NCBI GenBank assembly: GCA_963737635.1 | Contig: CAVTTL010000001.1 | Location: 1,760,001-1,824,000 of the forward strand | Reading direction: 5' to 3' | Origin: an uncultured Methanoregulaceae archaeon | Lineage (GTDB): Archaea > Halobacteriota > Methanomicrobia > Methanomicrobiales > Methanospirillaceae | Length of the DNA: 64,000 bases | Position numbers and translations under genes: made by a program | Shown: one piece after another, positions 61,419 through 64,000 of the stretch | How positions within the stretch are numbered: the stretch's first letter is position 1 | Layout: each line of letters opens with the position of its first letter | The notes under the pieces: model-generated | What the model was told of the DNA's origin: nothing | Seen by the model: the letters and a program-made list of their open reading frames with translations, nothing else | The model's database searches: none

Positions 61419-64000
61419 CGACCAGCCTCCTTAAAATCCGTCCCGTCTGGTTTTCTGGTGAGATCCTTGAGTTCAGCCAGTTTTGCAAGTGCCTGCAAAG
61501 GAGTCATCGTATCAGGATCGAGTCGGGACAGTTCAACGATCGCCGGATCCGGCACCAGCAGCCTATCTTGTGCAGGCACGCTGTCATCGGCAAGAAGGAG
61601 CTGGGTGTAGCGCCGGGCCTTCGCCCCTCCGGAAGTATCGCGGCTGAGGGATTCAGCGAGAATAATATCAGCGCGGTCGGTCACTTTTTTAGGAATGCCG
61701 GCAAGACGGGCCACATGGATCCCGTAACTCTTGTCAGTAGCGCCCGGAATGAGTTTCCTTAAGAAAACGACTTCCTTTTTTGTTTCCTGCACTGCAAAGT
61801 GATAGTTTTTTACCCGCTTTAGTTCTCCATCCATACCGATTAGATCGTGGAAGTGTGTGGCAAAGAGGGTCTTAGGACCTGCGGACGATTTTCCGTGCAG
61901 ATATTCAAGAACTGCTTGTGCAATAGAGCACCCGTCCGCGGTACTGGTGCCCCGGCCGATTTCGTCGAGGACAATAAGACTTTTTTCCGTCATGTTGTTG
62001 AGGATGTTTGCCAGTTCGAGCATCTCGACAAAGAACGTGCTCTGGCCGCTTGCGAGGTCATCAAATGCGCCGACCCGGTGAAAATCCGGTCGATGATCCC
62101 GACGCGTGCAAAACGGGCCGGGACAAAACATCCTGCCTGTGCCATGATACAGCAGAGTGCGATCGAGCGCATATACGTTGACTTCCCTGCCATATTCGCG
62201 CCCGTGATAATCATGATCTGGGTTTTTGATCCGGAAAGATCCGTGTCGTTGGGGACAAAAGATCCGGGAAGACTTCTCTCAACAACCGGGTGTCGTACGT
62301 CCCTGCATACAACAGCGTCACCGCTATCCAGCTGGGGACGGACATAATCGAGATCCTGTGCAGCATCTGCCAGAGCCGTAGCAACATCGAGAGTGGCGAT
62401 CCCGGACGCGACCTGCTGGAGATCTGGAATCTTTTTACGGATCTCATCGATCAGCCCGGCGTACAGTGCGCGTTCGAGGGCGAGTACCCGCTCATCGGCG
62501 TCAGTGATCACTGCCTCTTTTTCCCTCAATTCAGGAATAGTGTACCGTTCCCCGGTTGCCGTCGTCTGCCTGCGCTCGTACCGGGCCGGGACAAGAGGGA
62601 CGTTAGTTTTGCTCACATCAATATAATAGCCGAAGACCCGGTTGTACCCGATCTTGAGCGATCGGATCCCGGTCTTCTCACGTTCCTGCTGCTGGAGGTC
62701 TGCGATCCAATTCTTCCCGGAGTGCAGGACACCGGTCATCCCGTCAAGTTCGGCAGAATAGCCGGGCCGTATAACCCCGCCGTTTTTGGGAGTGGCCGGT
62801 GGATCATCGATGATAGCTCTCTCGATAATATCGATGACCGTTGGAAATTCAATGAGCCGATCCCGTGCCACGGCTACCCGCTCCGGGACCGGATTGGACC
62901 CATCCGGTGCCGGGGACGGCGCTTGAAGCACATTCCTTATCGCCGGGATAGTTTCAAGGGATTCAACGAGCGCGATAAGGTCACGGGGGCCGGGCATTCC
63001 CGTAGGCGATTCTCGCCGTGATCCGTTCAATGTCGGCATGGCAGGAAAGGAGATCCCGGAGGGATATTCGCAGGGAGACCGATTTTGTGAAGTATTCGAT
63101 TGCATCAAGCCGTGCGCCGATACGGGCGATATCGGTGAGCGGCTGGGTTAGCCGCCTGCGCAAGAGTCTGCTTCCCATCGGCGTCTTTGTCCTATCGAGG
63201 GTGGAAAAAAGCGTCGCACCTTTATTACCGCCCCGAATACTTTCATATACTTCGAGGTTGCGCAGCGTGATCGCGTCAAGCATCATGCCTTGTGCAGATG
63301 TGCGCGTGGAAAGCCCGCTCACGTGCGGAAGGTTGGATCTCTGGGTCTCCTCTGCATAGGCTAACGCTGCCCCTGCTGCGCCGACTGCCGCCGGCATTGC
63401 ATCGCAGCCATATCCGGTGAGCGTTGCAGCCCCAAAGTGATCGCAGAGGGTACGTGCAGCCCGGTCCGGGAAGAAACGATCATCTGCATAGGGTGTCACC
63501 ACGACTTCTTCCCGCTGCAGGAGTTCCCGCAGATCATCGTCAACCGTTGAAGGGACGATGCACTCCGCGGGCCGGTACCGGGCGATCTCGGATCGTATAC
63601 TCCCCGCAATTCCTTCGGGGGGAAGTGCAGAGACAAAAAATTCGCCGGTCGAAATATCGAGAAGCGCCATGCCCCAATCGGCTCCTTTCGCCCCGGGGGA
63701 AAGTGCCATCAGGTAGGTAGCAGCTGAAGAAGGAAGCATCGCCGGATCGATCACGGTACCGGGGGTGATTACGCGGACGACCTCTCGTTTCACGAGCCCT
63801 TTTGCAGTTTTTGGATCCTCCGTCTGCTCACAGATTGCTACTTTGTAGCCTTTGGCAACGAGACGCGCGATATATCCCTCCCCCGCATGATGGGGAACAC
63901 CCGCAAGGGGGATGCGCTGGTCGCCGTTTTTGGACCGGGAAGTCAGCACGAGATCGAGTTCTTTTGAGACGATCTCAGCGTCACCTTCGAGTGTCTCGAA
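61415..64000 (-). CDS. mutS: DNA mismatch repair protein MutS (5' end outside the window); apparent frameshifts at ~62993 and ~62077
   Basis: AGVPHH, VAICEQ, TPMGSR, ITGANMAGKSTYMR, STFFVEM, DEIGRGT, FATHF and SYGIHVA. Confidence 0.95.

Noticed and set aside
61415-64000. Idea that a genuinely broken mutS made a mutator lineage that explains all the frameshifts
   Set aside because: Probably essential genes such as the S-layer gene are also hit, no in-frame stops or decay accompany the indels, and several are non-homopolymer indels at AGCT. Sequencing error is more parsimonious.
1-64000. CRISPR arrays, IS elements, rRNA, prophage
   Set aside because: No spaced direct repeats, transposase, integrase or rRNA-like sequence were seen.

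Overview
Core-chromosome window of a Methanomicrobiales methanogen, Methanoregula-like as inferred from the PGF-CTERM S-layer protein, PEGA/META/COG1361 surface proteins and PAS-rich kinases. Contents in order: hxlB; an ACT-ACT-metallo-beta-lactamase; a bacterial-type acetyl-CoA synthase operon with no CODH or acsE gene (acsB-acsD-acsC-RACo-core methionine synthase-cooC); pdaD; a HAD hydrolase; an SPFH protein; a ~3,800-aa all-TPR protein; Ni/Co ECF, CDF, DtxR and ZnuABC-like metal genes; the major S-layer gene; geranylgeranyl reductase; a STAS/RsbW pair; tRNA-Arg(GCG); two histidine kinases; a mutY-like gene; a voltage-sensor-CorA fusion; mutL and mutS. About 15 apparent frameshifts split otherwise intact genes. 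Several hit AGCT, GTAC or CCGG sites, so they are read here as long-read basecalling errors rather than pseudogenes. The best novelty candidates are (1) an S1-S4 voltage-sensing domain fused to a CorA-family transporter, (2) the CODH-less ACS/CoFeSP/methionine synthase module, and (3) a STAS domain fused to a possible acetolactate-decarboxylase-like fold beside an RsbW-type kinase. No CRISPR, IS or integrase was seen. All calls come from motif reading; no database searches were run.
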